Positions 18,516 to 27,931 of a stretch of DNA of 55,517 nucleotides are shown here, piece after piece. The DNA comes from a virus. Taxonomy: Duplodnaviria > Caudoviricetes. A program made the translations under genes and the position numbers. The notes under the pieces were generated by a model. That model did no database searches. It was not told the origin of the DNA and saw only the letters and a list, made by a program, of their open reading frames with translations. Location of the stretch: positions 1 through 55,517 of the IMG/VR virus record IMGVR_UViG_3300045454_000013; one strand, written 5' to 3'. Every line of letters starts with the position of its first letter. Positions within the stretch are counted from its first letter, which is position 1.

Positions 18516-19433
18516 TCAGGAGCCGGCCGCGTCGGCGCCCTTGATGAGCACGGCGCGTGCCGCGTCGAGCGTCTTCACGCCGTACAGGACGTCGAGCGAA
18601 ACGACATCCTTCTTCTTGGTGATGTCGTAGTCGAAGACCACGCGGATGCCGAAGCCCTTGTAGCTCATGATCGCCGCGTTCTGGGCTCCCTGCGGGAGCT
18701 CGAGCTGGCGGGTCACGAGGGCGACGGCGGTGCGGTGGAACGCGACCGACACCTCGGTCGTCGGGTCGCCCGGGTCGGGGGAGACGGCGGGCTGGCCGAT
18801 GTTCTGCGACATGTACGCGTCGAAGCCCCACAGGTTCGCGCCGATGGAGCCCTGACGCAGACCGGCGGTCGTGCCCGACTGGTCAGCGCGCTTGAGAAGG
18901 TCGTTCTCAAGCCACTTGCCGCGGGTGCGGGGGCCGACGATGACGCGGCGGTCGACGGCGGGGACGTTGTTCACGTCCAGCTCGACGCCCGCGGCGATCA
19001 GCGACTCCGGGTCGGACCAGAGCGCACCGCTGACGGTGCCGACCTCGGTCGTGATGTCGTCGCGGAACGACAGGACGTCGCGGTCGATCTTCTGCGAGAT
19101 CGCCTCCATCGCCGGGTTCAGCAGCTGAGCGGCGAAGTCGCTGATCTTCAGCGCCAGATCCTTCGACGTGACCTGGAACGACACGTCCGCGTGGTGGTTC
19201 AGCACCACGGACACGCCCGTCTCGGTCGCGTTCTGGATGGTGATGCCGTCCGCCTCCACGAACTCCTCCGCTTCGAACACGGCGGGCTTGCGGATCGTGA
19301 CGGTATCGCCGACCGCGCCGACGAACTCGGTGTCGTAGTCGCGGTAGACGAGCTGCGCGGCGACCGTGTTCTCGTACAGGGTCGCGAGCGCGGCCTCTGC
19401 GATGATGCTCGGGGTGAGCAGGGTGTTGGCCAT
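18516..19433 (-). CDS. Major capsid protein (P22 coat-like family)
   Basis: MANTLLT..., GDTVTIRKP, AFHRTA, DVLYGVK; follows the scaffold gene. Confidence 0.9.
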   Translation of the reverse strand: MANTLLTPSIIAEAALATLYENTVAAQLVYRDYDTEFVGAVGDTVTIRKPAVFEAEEFVEADGITIQNATETGVSVVLNHHADVSFQVTSKDLALKISDFAAQLLNPAMEAISQKIDRDVLSFRDDITTEVGTVSGALWSDPESLIAAGVELDVNNVPAVDRRVIVGPRTRGKWLENDLLKRADQSGTTAGLRQGSIGANLWGFDAYMSQNIGQPAVSPDPGDPTTEVSVAFHRTAVALVTRQLELPQGAQNAAIMSYKGFGIRVVFDYDITKKKDVVSLDVLYGVKTLDAARAVLIKGADAAGS

Positions 19434-19460
19434 GGTGGCCCTTTCTCCTCGGGTGAGGGG

Positions 19461-20201
19461 TTAGTCCGCGAGTCCGCGTTCCTTCCGGTAAGCGGCGCGG
19501 AATGCTGCGATGCCCTCCGGGGCAGGATCGCCGCCGGAGGGTGCGGGGTCGCCGTTGCTCGACTGGGGGGCCACCTGGACCTTCCGGTAACGGCTGTTCG
19601 ACTCGACCGTCGACTTCACGAGCGCCTCCACCTGGGTGGCGTAGTCGTCGGCGGCCGGATCGAGGGCCTTGAGCTTCTCGGTGAAGCTCGAGGAGTCGGC
19701 GAGAGCGTCGGCATCGGCGCCGTGCTTCTCGGAGTACTTGAGGACCGCGTTCTCGACCTGGAGTGCGAGGACGCGGGCGTCGGCTGCGGAGATCTTCGTG
19801 TCCCGCTCCTGAAGTGCGGCCTGGAGGCCTTCGACGGTGGGGGCTTCGTCGTCCTTCACGATGCCGAGCTGCTTCCCGAACTCGCGGTAGGCCTCTTCGC
19901 GGGCGCGCTGTGTCGCGGCGGCTTCGGCGTCCTTGACTGCCTGATCCTTCTTCGCGCGTTCGGCTTCGAGGTCTGCCTTCTGCGCCTGGATCTTCCTCCA
20001 CGCGCGTTCGGCGTCGAAGTCCTCTGCGGTCCACGGCGGCTTCGGGTCGCTCGGGTCGGCCGCGGGCGCCGGGGGTGCTGGCGTCGGGGTGGGCTCGGGC
20101 GCCGGGGGTGCGGGAGGCGCCGGAGGTGCGGGTTCGCCGCCGCCAGCAGGGGCCGGGTCGCTGTTCAGCATGAGGAACGGCGGGAGCGTGCGAGTGAACA
20201 T
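19461..20201 (-). CDS. Capsid scaffolding protein
   Basis: Pro-rich N-terminus, coiled coil, directly upstream of the capsid gene. Confidence 0.85.
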   Translation of the reverse strand: MFTRTLPPFLMLNSDPAPAGGGEPAPPAPPAPPAPEPTPTPAPPAPAADPSDPKPPWTAEDFDAERAWRKIQAQKADLEAERAKKDQAVKDAEAAATQRAREEAYREFGKQLGIVKDDEAPTVEGLQAALQERDTKISAADARVLALQVENAVLKYSEKHGADADALADSSSFTEKLKALDPAADDYATQVEALVKSTVESNSRYRKVQVAPQSSNGDPAPSGGDPAPEGIAAFRAAYRKERGLAD

Positions 20202-20374
20202 GGGGGTGTCTCCTTCCCGGCCGCCTGGGCCGGATCGGGGTTGAACCCGCACCACCTCGGCGCGGGAGTCGAATGTCGGAGACTCCGCCTAGAATGAGGA
20301 CGGCCCCGGGGAGCGCTGGAACGCTCAACCGCGGGGCCTGACCCTGAATCGACTGGAATCGATTGGAGGGCTCC

Positions 20375-20933
20375 GTGGAGTCTACCGAGCAATGGTTACC
20401 CGTTCCCGGCTGGGAAGGGGCTATACGAAGTAAGCGACCTCGGGCGCGTGCGGTCCCTGGATCGCGTTGTGATGCGGTCGAACGGTCGGCCTCACCCGTG
20501 GCGCGGTCGGATCATTCGACCGCATCCGCACCCGCTCGGGCACATGCTGGTGAGGCTGTCGCACCAGGGACGTGTTCGTACGCTGAAAGTGCATCGTCTG
20601 GTGCTGTCTGCGTTCGTTGGCCCTTGCCCTCCTGGAATGGAGGGATGCCACGGTGACGGTGATCCGGCGAACAACCGCCTGAGCAACCTCCGGTGGGACA
20701 CGCACAGCGGCAACGTCCAGGACTCGCTTGCGCACAGAACGCATTCGGAGATCATCAAGGCGCTGTGCCCGCGGGGCCACAGCTTGCAGGTGCCGAATTT
20801 GGTGGCCTCAGGCCTCCGGAAAGGGATTCGGGACTGTCTGGCCTGCGCTCGGGCGAGGGCGTGGACGCACAAACGAGGCCTACCATTCGACCCCGCTCTC
20901 GCGGACGAGAAGTACCGTCAGATCATGGCGTGA
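20375..20933 (+). pseudogene. NUMOD4-HNH homing endonuclease with +1 frameshift
   Basis: EQWLPVPGWEG continues as LYEVSDLGRVRS only if one G is removed from GGGG at 20417-20420; VHRLV..CHGDGDPANN..NLRW. Confidence 0.85.
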
Positions 20934-22089
20934 CGCGCTCCCCGTCCGACCATCGAATTTGTGCGCGCTCGTATCGGCGGCGTTGGCCTGTCGCGGCGAC
21001 GTGCTCGCGGGTCTCGGCCTGAATCGTCAGGATCCGGGCTTGCTCGCGTTGCGCTTTCGGGCGGTCGCCGGCGGCCGCGGCGATCGCGAGCTTCCGTTTC
21101 GCGTCCCGTTCCCGGACCTCGAGTTCCCGGAGCCGGTCTCGGGCATGGTGCGCGGCTTTGTCGTACCCTGACGCGGCGACAGGGACACTCATCCCGGCGA
21201 GGTGCTCGACCGGTATACACGTGCAGTTCGGATGATTGGCGCCGGATGCCCGCCAGTCTTCGATCGTGCCAGCGACCGTGACCTCGATGAGGCGGTCTTC
21301 GAAAGCGTGCGGGACGAGGCGGGGCCCGGCGGTGCCGGTGGTGGAGAGGATCTTCCCGAACCACGGTGCGCAGTGGTCACACGCGTTGTTGCCGCCGAGG
21401 ATCGAGAACAGGTCGATGCCGAGCTGCCCGGCGCGCCACAGTTTCGCGTCGGTGTACGCGCGAGAGACCGCTGTGCGGGTTGCCATCTCCGTGTACGTGC
21501 CGATGCGCCAGTTGCGGCCCGCGATGTCGGTGAAGCCGGTGACGCCGCGCTCAAGGAACTGCTGCAGTGCGGCGCGGCGCGCGAGCGATGTCGGCGTGCC
21601 GAGCATGACCTGGGGGACGTTTCCGGCGATGACTTCCTGGTAGACGTCGCCGCCGATGAGGTACTGGCCCATTGCGTCACGCGGGTAGCGCAAGATTCGC
21701 GCCTTGACGTCTTCGAAAGCGTTCCCGAGGTCGAATGCGACCAGACTCGCTGCGAGGACGTGCTGATCGGCGAGCGGTGTGATCTGCGGGATTCGGGGCA
21801 GCTGGTCGACAGCCACCGCTGCGGTTCCTTCTCTGATCGCGCGGGCGACGATCCGCTCGGCCCACTCGCGAGTGATCCCCGCGGTGAGCTGCGTCGCCGT
21901 GCGCTCGAGCGCCCGGACGATGTCGACTTGCGCGGCGAGCTCGGGGCGCTCTGGAAGGTCAGCGAGTATCCGCTTCGCGATGTCGGCGAGCAGGCGTGTC
22001 TCCGCGTCCTGGAACGTGAGCGACACCTGTGAAGCGATCCGGTACACGAGGGCCTGGAAGTCGTCGTGCTCCGGGACGAAGCCGGCCAC
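20923..22089 (-). CDS. Minor capsid protein (MuF / minor capsid 2-like)
   Basis: GRNWRIGTYTEMATRT, CDHCAPW, HPNC; follows the portal gene. Confidence 0.85.
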   Translation of the reverse strand: MAGFVPEHDDFQALVYRIASQVSLTFQDAETRLLADIAKRILADLPERPELAAQVDIVRALERTATQLTAGITREWAERIVARAIREGTAAVAVDQLPRIPQITPLADQHVLAASLVAFDLGNAFEDVKARILRYPRDAMGQYLIGGDVYQEVIAGNVPQVMLGTPTSLARRAALQQFLERGVTGFTDIAGRNWRIGTYTEMATRTAVSRAYTDAKLWRAGQLGIDLFSILGGNNACDHCAPWFGKILSTTGTAGPRLVPHAFEDRLIEVTVAGTIEDWRASGANHPNCTCIPVEHLAGMSVPVAASGYDKAAHHARDRLRELEVRERDAKRKLAIAAAAGDRPKAQREQARILTIQAETREHVAATGQRRRYERAQIRWSDGERVTP

Positions 22090-22092
22090 GGA

Positions 22093-23745
22093 TCAGTCCT
22101 CCGGGGGTGTTTCGCCGGCGGCTTCCGCTTCGATCCGGGCACGCATCCGCGCGATGTCGTCCGGGGTCGGTTCCGTTCCTGGCAGTCCCGTGACCTTCGT
22201 CGGGTCGGCGGCGGTGCCGATGCCCTGCTCCTTGTAGATCCGCGCGACCTCATCGTTGACCGTGTCGCCGTCCCACTCGGGGTGGTGCATACGGACACCG
22301 GTCTCGACCGACAGCAGGTTCGCGGCGCGCATCGCCGCCGTGGTTCGTGCCATCTTCTCCTGGTCGACCTGCGACTCGGCGGGGAACCGGAACTCGGGTT
22401 CCTCCTCCAGACTCTTTCCGCCGTACACTGCGGCGTCGAGCTGCATCCACGTCAGCAGGAACGGGGTGATCGTCTTCCAGTAGTTGATCTTCTTGTCGCG
22501 GGTCCGCTCAGAAAGGCGCTCGTCTGCGTGTACCTCTGTCGCGGTTCGCAGACCTTCGCCCTCGCCGCCGGCGGACGCGGGAGTCCAGCCAGCGGAGCGC
22601 ATAGCCTGATCGCGGAGCTCCTGCACGGTCTGCGAGTGCTGCTCCGTGCGGATCTCGAACTGATGCGCGTGGAATCCGAACGGTTCACCATTGGGGCCAG
22701 TGAGGGTGTTCATGCCCTCGTACACTTCACGGTCGTAGTCGAACATGGCACCCTGCCCGAGCCCACCGGACTGGAGGTACTGCTTCGCGACGACGATGCG
22801 GGCCTTCGCGATGCGAATGTCACGCATCCACGACGACCACACCTCATCGATCGCGTCGAACAGCTGCACGATGTCGGCGAAGTCGGACTGGCCCAGACGA
22901 GCGAGCGCCGGCTTCTTCCGGAACTGCTTGTTCGGCCGCATGTTCGGGATGTATGTCGCCGTGAGCCCCTGCACGCCGGTGGGCATGGCGGAGTTCTCGT
23001 CGAGGATCCCGGGAGCGGCCAGCCAGGCCGTGTCGGGATGCTCGCTGACCGGCAGTCGGGTTCCGAGACGGTCCTCGGTTCCTTGGAACAGGCCGTGCTC
23101 AATGCGGCCTCGTTCGTGGAGTTCGAGGTGCCGCCATACGAAAGCGTCGTCGTTGACGTTCCGCAGCTGCGTCCAGAAGATAACCGACTCAAGGTCGCCG
23201 AATCGGAACGTCGGAATCGCGGCGTCCGCGTGAACGATCTCCGCGCGAGGTGCGCGCAGGTACTCCCGTGACCACACGAGGCGGAGGTAGACGCCGCCAA
23301 GCGCGGCCGCGACCTCTCCCGCTTCGAGCAGCGTGGAGTGGAACCGGGGAGTGTTGATGACCTTCTCGACACGGTCCTGCAGCCGGTTCCGTTCGGTGGT
23401 GGCTGAGTCTGATTCGGAGTCGGCGCCGCCCCGGTCGCCGGGGACCACGACGCGGGGTGCTTCACCGAACAGGTAGTCAGCCGACAGGGTCGCAATGTCC
23501 GCGGCGAGCGGGATGTGGAGGCGGGTGCGCGCCTCACCGGCTGCGGGCGGGCGCCCCAACCACGCGCGAGTGCCCCAGCCGACGAGCCCACCGTTGTACT
23601 GCGCACGGTGAGTGATCGGCTGGTTCATGTACCGGGCCTGCAACTCCTCGACATGGCCCTTGTACCAGGAGTCGTACTCCTCGACCTGCTCGAAGTAGGG
23701 GTCGAATTCCTTCGGGGGCCACGGGACGTTACCGGGAAGCGGCAT
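22093..23745 (-). CDS. Portal protein (SPP1 gp6 / A118-like)
   Basis: 550 aa; LHIPLAADIA..SADYLFGE, YIPN, LGQSDF, TATEV. Confidence 0.9.
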   Translation of the reverse strand: MPLPGNVPWPPKEFDPYFEQVEEYDSWYKGHVEELQARYMNQPITHRAQYNGGLVGWGTRAWLGRPPAAGEARTRLHIPLAADIATLSADYLFGEAPRVVVPGDRGGADSESDSATTERNRLQDRVEKVINTPRFHSTLLEAGEVAAALGGVYLRLVWSREYLRAPRAEIVHADAAIPTFRFGDLESVIFWTQLRNVNDDAFVWRHLELHERGRIEHGLFQGTEDRLGTRLPVSEHPDTAWLAAPGILDENSAMPTGVQGLTATYIPNMRPNKQFRKKPALARLGQSDFADIVQLFDAIDEVWSSWMRDIRIAKARIVVAKQYLQSGGLGQGAMFDYDREVYEGMNTLTGPNGEPFGFHAHQFEIRTEQHSQTVQELRDQAMRSAGWTPASAGGEGEGLRTATEVHADERLSERTRDKKINYWKTITPFLLTWMQLDAAVYGGKSLEEEPEFRFPAESQVDQEKMARTTAAMRAANLLSVETGVRMHHPEWDGDTVNDEVARIYKEQGIGTAADPTKVTGLPGTEPTPDDIARMRARIEAEAAGETPPED

Positions 23746-24421
23746 GGTGGCTCCCTTCTCGAGCTGCGAGGTAAGCGCGGATGCGTTTCGGTGTCCGGCG
23801 GGCCTGGTATTCGCGCAGCAGGGCGTGATTCGCCTGCTGCTGCGCGTAGTAGGGGTCGCCGGGTGTGGCGTGCGCGCGGCCAGGGTGGCGGAGCATGATC
23901 ATCCGGCCAGGGACGCGAGTCTCGGCAGCGCCGAGCACGGTCATGACGTGGACGAATGCGCGGTCCTCGTGGCCCCAACCGCGGAATCGTTCGTCGTAGC
24001 CACCGACCATGTCGAACAGGTCGCGGCGGATCGCGCGGGGCCCGCCGAAGGGTGCCGGGTCGTCACGGTCGGGGTGCCGGCGGCCGGCGAGGACCGCTTC
24101 CGTTTCCCATGTGCTGAGCCTTGTGACCTTGTCGAAGCACTTCACGTACGGGGCGCCGGCCGCGGCGGCTCGCACAGCGTTGTGCACGCTCGGCGCGTGT
24201 TCGATAAGGAAGTCGGCGCCCCACTGCAGCGCTACATCCCAGTTCCCGGCGGCAGCGGCGGCACGGTTCCATGCTTGCGCGATCGAGAACGTCGGTCCGG
24301 TCGAGTCGGCTTCGATGATCGGGTAGCCGAGGCGCTCGAGTCGTGGGCGGACGTGGGCGTAGAGGCTGGCCCGCGGGCCGTGGTCGGTGCGCCACGGGAC
24401 GAGGATCACGACGCGGGTCAA
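23729..24421 (-). CDS. Glycosyltransferase (GT2 / GT7C-like)
   Basis: VILVPWR, AQAWNRAA, GGYDERFRGWGHED. Confidence 0.85.
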   Translation of the reverse strand: MTRVVILVPWRTDHGPRASLYAHVRPRLERLGYPIIEADSTGPTFSIAQAWNRAAAAAGNWDVALQWGADFLIEHAPSVHNAVRAAAAGAPYVKCFDKVTRLSTWETEAVLAGRRHPDRDDPAPFGGPRAIRRDLFDMVGGYDERFRGWGHEDRAFVHVMTVLGAAETRVPGRMIMLRHPGRAHATPGDPYYAQQQANHALLREYQARRTPKRIRAYLAAREGSHHAASR

Positions 24422-24534
24422 TGGTCCTGCCAGTCATCTACGGGGTACTGATGAATCCGGGCGCATGCGTCTGCTGCTGGCTGAGTCGCGTGTGTGCGGC
24501 CGCAGTGCTCGCACAGCTCGGAGTAGTCGCTCAC
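24418..24534 (-). CDS. 38-aa CxxC peptide
   Basis: GGAGGT RBS; CEHC...C..H; ATGA overlap with the glycosyltransferase gene. Confidence 0.5.
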   Translation of the reverse strand: MSDYSELCEHCGRTHATQPAADACARIHQYPVDDWQDH

Positions 24535-24561
24535 GGCACCTCCACGGGATCGCTGGGGTTG

Positions 24562-24599
24562 CTGTGAGGCGGGCCGCCGTAGCGGTGCCCGCCTCACAG
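24562..24599. terminator. Strong stem-loop
   Basis: 13-bp perfect arms CTGTGAGGCGGGC/GCCCGCCTCACAG. Confidence 0.6.
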
Positions 24600-24667
24600 G
24601 CGCTCGTTTTCGTCTTCTCGGGTGAACGCGACCCTCACAACGGGGAGGAGGCTTCCCCTGGACGTTC

Positions 24668-24874
24668 TCAGTGCTCGATGGGCATGCTCGGGCCGACATA
24701 GTCGGGCTCCGAGAACTCGCGGCCATCGAGAGCATGGTGTGTCATGACCCAGCCGTACGAGCCGTCCTCACGCGGGACGGCTTCGAGCGATGGGCCGCAG
24801 AGGCATCCGTCGCCTTCGGTGTCGTGCTCGATCAGGTCACCGATCGGTGAGACGTGGACCGTGCCGTCGCTCAT
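24668..24874 (-). CDS. Hypothetical protein, possibly His/Cys metal-binding
   Basis: EHD..CLCGP..HH; coupled to its neighbour. Confidence 0.65.
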   Translation of the reverse strand: MSDGTVHVSPIGDLIEHDTEGDGCLCGPSLEAVPREDGSYGWVMTHHALDGREFSEPDYVGPSMPIEH

Positions 24875-25110
24875 TCGTCGTCCTGTTCGAGCATGAGTCG
24901 GTGGCGGTGCACCAGCCCGAGACCGACATGGAACGGCTGACGGTCGGCGTACTCGGCGAGGTATCCAGTGCGCTCAGCGTCGAAGTCCTCTGTCGTCGCG
25001 TGTGAGGCGATCAGCGCGTACCCGGTGACGATCGTTCCCGGCTGTTCCGACTCGTCGGCAACGTGCGCGGCGATCGCAGCGTCAAGCGCCGCTTTCGTCT
25101 CGGCGCTCAC
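24871..25110 (-). CDS. Hypothetical protein
   Basis: 4-bp overlaps at both ends. Confidence 0.65.
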   Translation of the reverse strand: MSAETKAALDAAIAAHVADESEQPGTIVTGYALIASHATTEDFDAERTGYLAEYADRQPFHVGLGLVHRHRLMLEQDDE

Positions 25111-25583
25111 GTCGCGGCCTTCTGCCGGCCGCCACGGCGGGGAACAGGAGGCTGCAGGCCGAGACTGCGCCGGTAGCGGGAGATAGTCGGCTGGGACGCG
25201 CCCAGGTCTCGGGCGATGCCGCTGTCAGACCATCCGGCAGCGTTGAGTTCCCGGATCCGGGACTCCACATACGCCGGTATGCCGCGGGAGTGTTTCCGGG
25301 GAGCTGGCTTGAGCGCCTTGTCCGCGAGCTGGGACAGCAGTACACCGATGGTGGTGCCGGCGTCGCGCGCGTGGGTTGCGAACGCGCGATATGTCGACGG
25401 GCGAAGGTCAACGCGGACCAGAACGCACGGGGAGTCCTGATCGTCAGCGGGCCGCGCGGATCCTTGCCGGTTGTAACAGGTGCCGCACAGAGTGTTCGTG
25501 GCGCGTGCGACCGTCCCCGGCGCGTCCTCTTTCCGCACGCCGAAGCCGCGCATGGCTCGCCCGCACTGTGTGCACGGCGTCAT
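25107..25583 (-). CDS. Zn-ribbon + HTH DNA-binding protein
   Basis: CTQC..CGTC; [22 protein letters not shown]. Confidence 0.75.
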   Translation of the reverse strand: MTPCTQCGRAMRGFGVRKEDAPGTVARATNTLCGTCYNRQGSARPADDQDSPCVLVRVDLRPSTYRAFATHARDAGTTIGVLLSQLADKALKPAPRKHSRGIPAYVESRIRELNAAGWSDSGIARDLGASQPTISRYRRSLGLQPPVPRRGGRQKAAT

Positions 25584-26245
25584 GGTGTGCCTTCGTCGAG
25601 CCGGTCACGCATCGACACGGGGAAGTAGCGGCGCTGCTCACTGGTGTACGTCTGCGCTTCGATCACCGGCTCGACGAGCTCGTAGGTCTGCTCGAAGATG
25701 TCCGGCTTGCAGGGGTAGAACTCGCCGGCGACACCTCGGATGATCACGTCGCCCGCGTCCGCTCGGTGCGGGCCTTCGAAGGTGTCGATGACAAGGAAAC
25801 CGGGGGCGTCGTGCTCGTCCTTCGTGCGAAGCCGGTGAGGCTCGTCGGCGCCGACGTACCAGGCGGCGTGCGGCCACGACGACAGGATCCAGTTGATGAT
25901 CGGTGTCGCGCCCTCGGCCGTTCCGTCCCACTGGTACGCGGAGATCTCGACGGGCTTCTTCCGGAACCGCTGCGGGCCGCTCATGCTCGTGTCGGATTCG
26001 AAGGCGACGAATCCGGGCACCGTCTCCTTGAGAGACAGGCCGAGCGAGGCAAGCTTGTCGCGAAGCTCATCCAGGCACTTCATTCCCAGATAGGGGATGT
26101 TCACGAGCTGTGTTTCGGAAAGTGCAATCAGCTCCGCGACGGTGTTGATTCCATCGCGCTTGAGACAGTTGTACGTGCGGAACGAGAGACCGAGCTCCTC
26201 TATGAGGCCGTTGGATTCAGGCAGGGCGGTTTTCTCTTCGGTCAT
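25580..26245 (-). CDS. RNA polymerase alpha-CTD-like domain fused to a conserved phage domain (PGDYG-like)
   Basis: [54 protein letters not shown], then [30 protein letters not shown]. Confidence 0.85.
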   Translation of the reverse strand: MTEEKTALPESNGLIEELGLSFRTYNCLKRDGINTVAELIALSETQLVNIPYLGMKCLDELRDKLASLGLSLKETVPGFVAFESDTSMSGPQRFRKKPVEISAYQWDGTAEGATPIINWILSSWPHAAWYVGADEPHRLRTKDEHDAPGFLVIDTFEGPHRADAGDVIIRGVAGEFYPCKPDIFEQTYELVEPVIEAQTYTSEQRRYFPVSMRDRLDEGTP

Positions 26246-26285
26246 TGTGTGCTCCCTTGTTGAGGTGGAGGCTTTGACCCGCGGG

Positions 26286-26474
26286 CTACGTCGGTGTAGC
26301 GGCGGGAAGGATCGTGCCGTCAGCGATCGGCTGGGGGACGCCGACTTCGAGCAGGCCGGTCATGAACCGGGTAGCGCAGTGCCCGCAATACGTGAGGCGG
26401 CCGCCAGAGAACAGGACCACGGCGACAGCTGCGGTCACGGCCGGGCCGCACCGGTCACACGTCTCGACGGTCAC
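26286..26474 (-). CDS. Small Zn-finger protein
   Basis: CDRC...CGHC. Confidence 0.6.
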   Translation of the reverse strand: MTVETCDRCGPAVTAAVAVVLFSGGRLTYCGHCATRFMTGLLEVGVPQPIADGTILPAATPT

Positions 26475-26661
26475 CGAGGATCACCTCAAGCTCGCGGCGC
26501 ATCGCAACGCGGACCCGGTATTCGCTGGCCAGCCACAGCACCATCAGAGCGGCGGCAGGGACAGCGAACCACAGGCCAGGGGCGACGATCGCGACAGCGA
26601 CCGTGACGGGCAGAGCACCAGCCGCCGTGAGCACAGTCGCCACAGCGGTCCGGCGGTTCAT
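26455..26661 (-). CDS. Small membrane protein
   Basis: Two hydrophobic segments. Confidence 0.6.
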   Translation of the reverse strand: MNRRTAVATVLTAAGALPVTVAVAIVAPGLWFAVPAAALMVLWLASEYRVRVAMRRELEVILGDRRDV

Positions 26662-26663
26662 GA

Positions 26664-27704
26664 TCAGTCCACCCAGACCTTGTATTGGGCGGTCACACGG
26701 CCCTTGTCGGGGTCGATGAAGTGGAGACGTTGCGATGGTTGCGCGTTCGCGGCCATCCCGATGTTCGCGTACCGGTTGTCGGACTCTGTCGACCCGGTCT
26801 GGAACATGGAGCCCTCACCGTCAGCGAGGGCCCACTCGTTGTGGGTGTGGAAGTGGTGGATGTACACGTCCCGGAAGAGCCACGGTTCCCCGTTTACCCG
26901 GTACGCGCCGGACTTCCACCGTTCCATGTGCGCTCGGAGCGTCGTCGGTGACGCGAACCCGTTCCGGCCGATCTCGTCGCCGTGGAGGACCAGCGCACGG
27001 TAGTTGCCGATCTCGAGGCGTTGCACGTCCTCAGGGCACGGCTGCCAGGTGACACGGGGCTCGTCGACGAGAAGCTGCCGGGCGAGTTCGTAGCACATGC
27101 GGTCGATGTTGTCGGCGCGGGGCACGGCGTCGCGTTTCGAGCCGACACGGCCGTGGTTTCCCCACTCTGGGACGACGGTGACGTGGTCGAAAACGGTGAG
27201 GGTGTTGCGGATCACGTCGACGATCAGCCGGGATACGATCACGTACTGTTCGAACAGGGTCGCGTCGATCTCGAACGGCTGCGTGGGGAAGTTGAACAGG
27301 CCTTCGACCATGTCTCCGCCGAAGATCACCACGGCGTCGTTCACGGGCCGCGCGGCACGGTGCAGTGCGGTGAGCTCGAACGCTTTCGCGAAGAACTGCC
27401 GGACACGGGTCTCCATGACCTGCGTGTTGTAGCTCGGGGTGACCTTGGAGCCCTGCCAGTCGCCGGTATCCAGCAGCGCCACCTCAGCGCCCGGCTTCGA
27501 CGTGCGGGCCGCCGGCGGGGGAACCGCGGGCACGGCGCCGAGCGCGAGGATCGCGTCACGGCACGCTTGCACTGTTGCGGCGGCGAGCTCGTCGTTGCGG
27601 AGCTTCGTGCGGGCGAGCTGCCGTTGCGTGCGGATCAGCGCGCCGCGCAGCTCATCCGCTGTTGCCTGCTCACCGAGTTCGTTCAGGAATTCGGACACGA
27701 GCAC
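26664..27704 (-). CDS. Calcineurin-like metallophosphoesterase
   Basis: GDWQG, GGDMVEG, GNHGR, LHGD, HHFH motifs. Confidence 0.85.
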   Translation of the reverse strand: MLVSEFLNELGEQATADELRGALIRTQRQLARTKLRNDELAAATVQACRDAILALGAVPAVPPPAARTSKPGAEVALLDTGDWQGSKVTPSYNTQVMETRVRQFFAKAFELTALHRAARPVNDAVVIFGGDMVEGLFNFPTQPFEIDATLFEQYVIVSRLIVDVIRNTLTVFDHVTVVPEWGNHGRVGSKRDAVPRADNIDRMCYELARQLLVDEPRVTWQPCPEDVQRLEIGNYRALVLHGDEIGRNGFASPTTLRAHMERWKSGAYRVNGEPWLFRDVYIHHFHTHNEWALADGEGSMFQTGSTESDNRYANIGMAANAQPSQRLHFIDPDKGRVTAQYKVWVD

Positions 27705-27913
27705 AGCCCCTTGAGGTGACGAGTGACCGTGGACTGACCGGACCCGAAGCCCCGTTCACGCATGAGGCGCCACACCGCGGCCGCCGTGTACTTCGCCGCG
27801 CCCTCGCGGAGATCAGCGTCCGTCGTGTCCGGATTCGCTTCAAGCCAGACAGCGACAGTGCAGCGTGGCCCGTGACGTTCCACCTTCGAGCCGAGATCAT
27901 CAATGAAGCCCAT
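27683..27913 (-). CDS. Small putative Zn-binding / HTH protein
   Basis: RCTV...STVTRHLKGLCSC. Confidence 0.65.
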   Translation of the reverse strand: MGFIDDLGSKVERHGPRCTVAVWLEANPDTTDADLREGAAKYTAAAVWRLMRERGFGSGQSTVTRHLKGLCSCPNS

Positions 27914-27931
27914 GGCCTGAATTCCTTCCGG

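Noticed and set aside
18516-18535. Major capsid protein ends in AAGS, resembling the SGS tag
   Set aside because: Only GS matches and the Arg is absent; could easily be chance
18735-20297. 520-aa plus-strand ORF
   Set aside because: Antisense shadow of the capsid and scaffold genes, expected in high-GC DNA; no recognisable motifs
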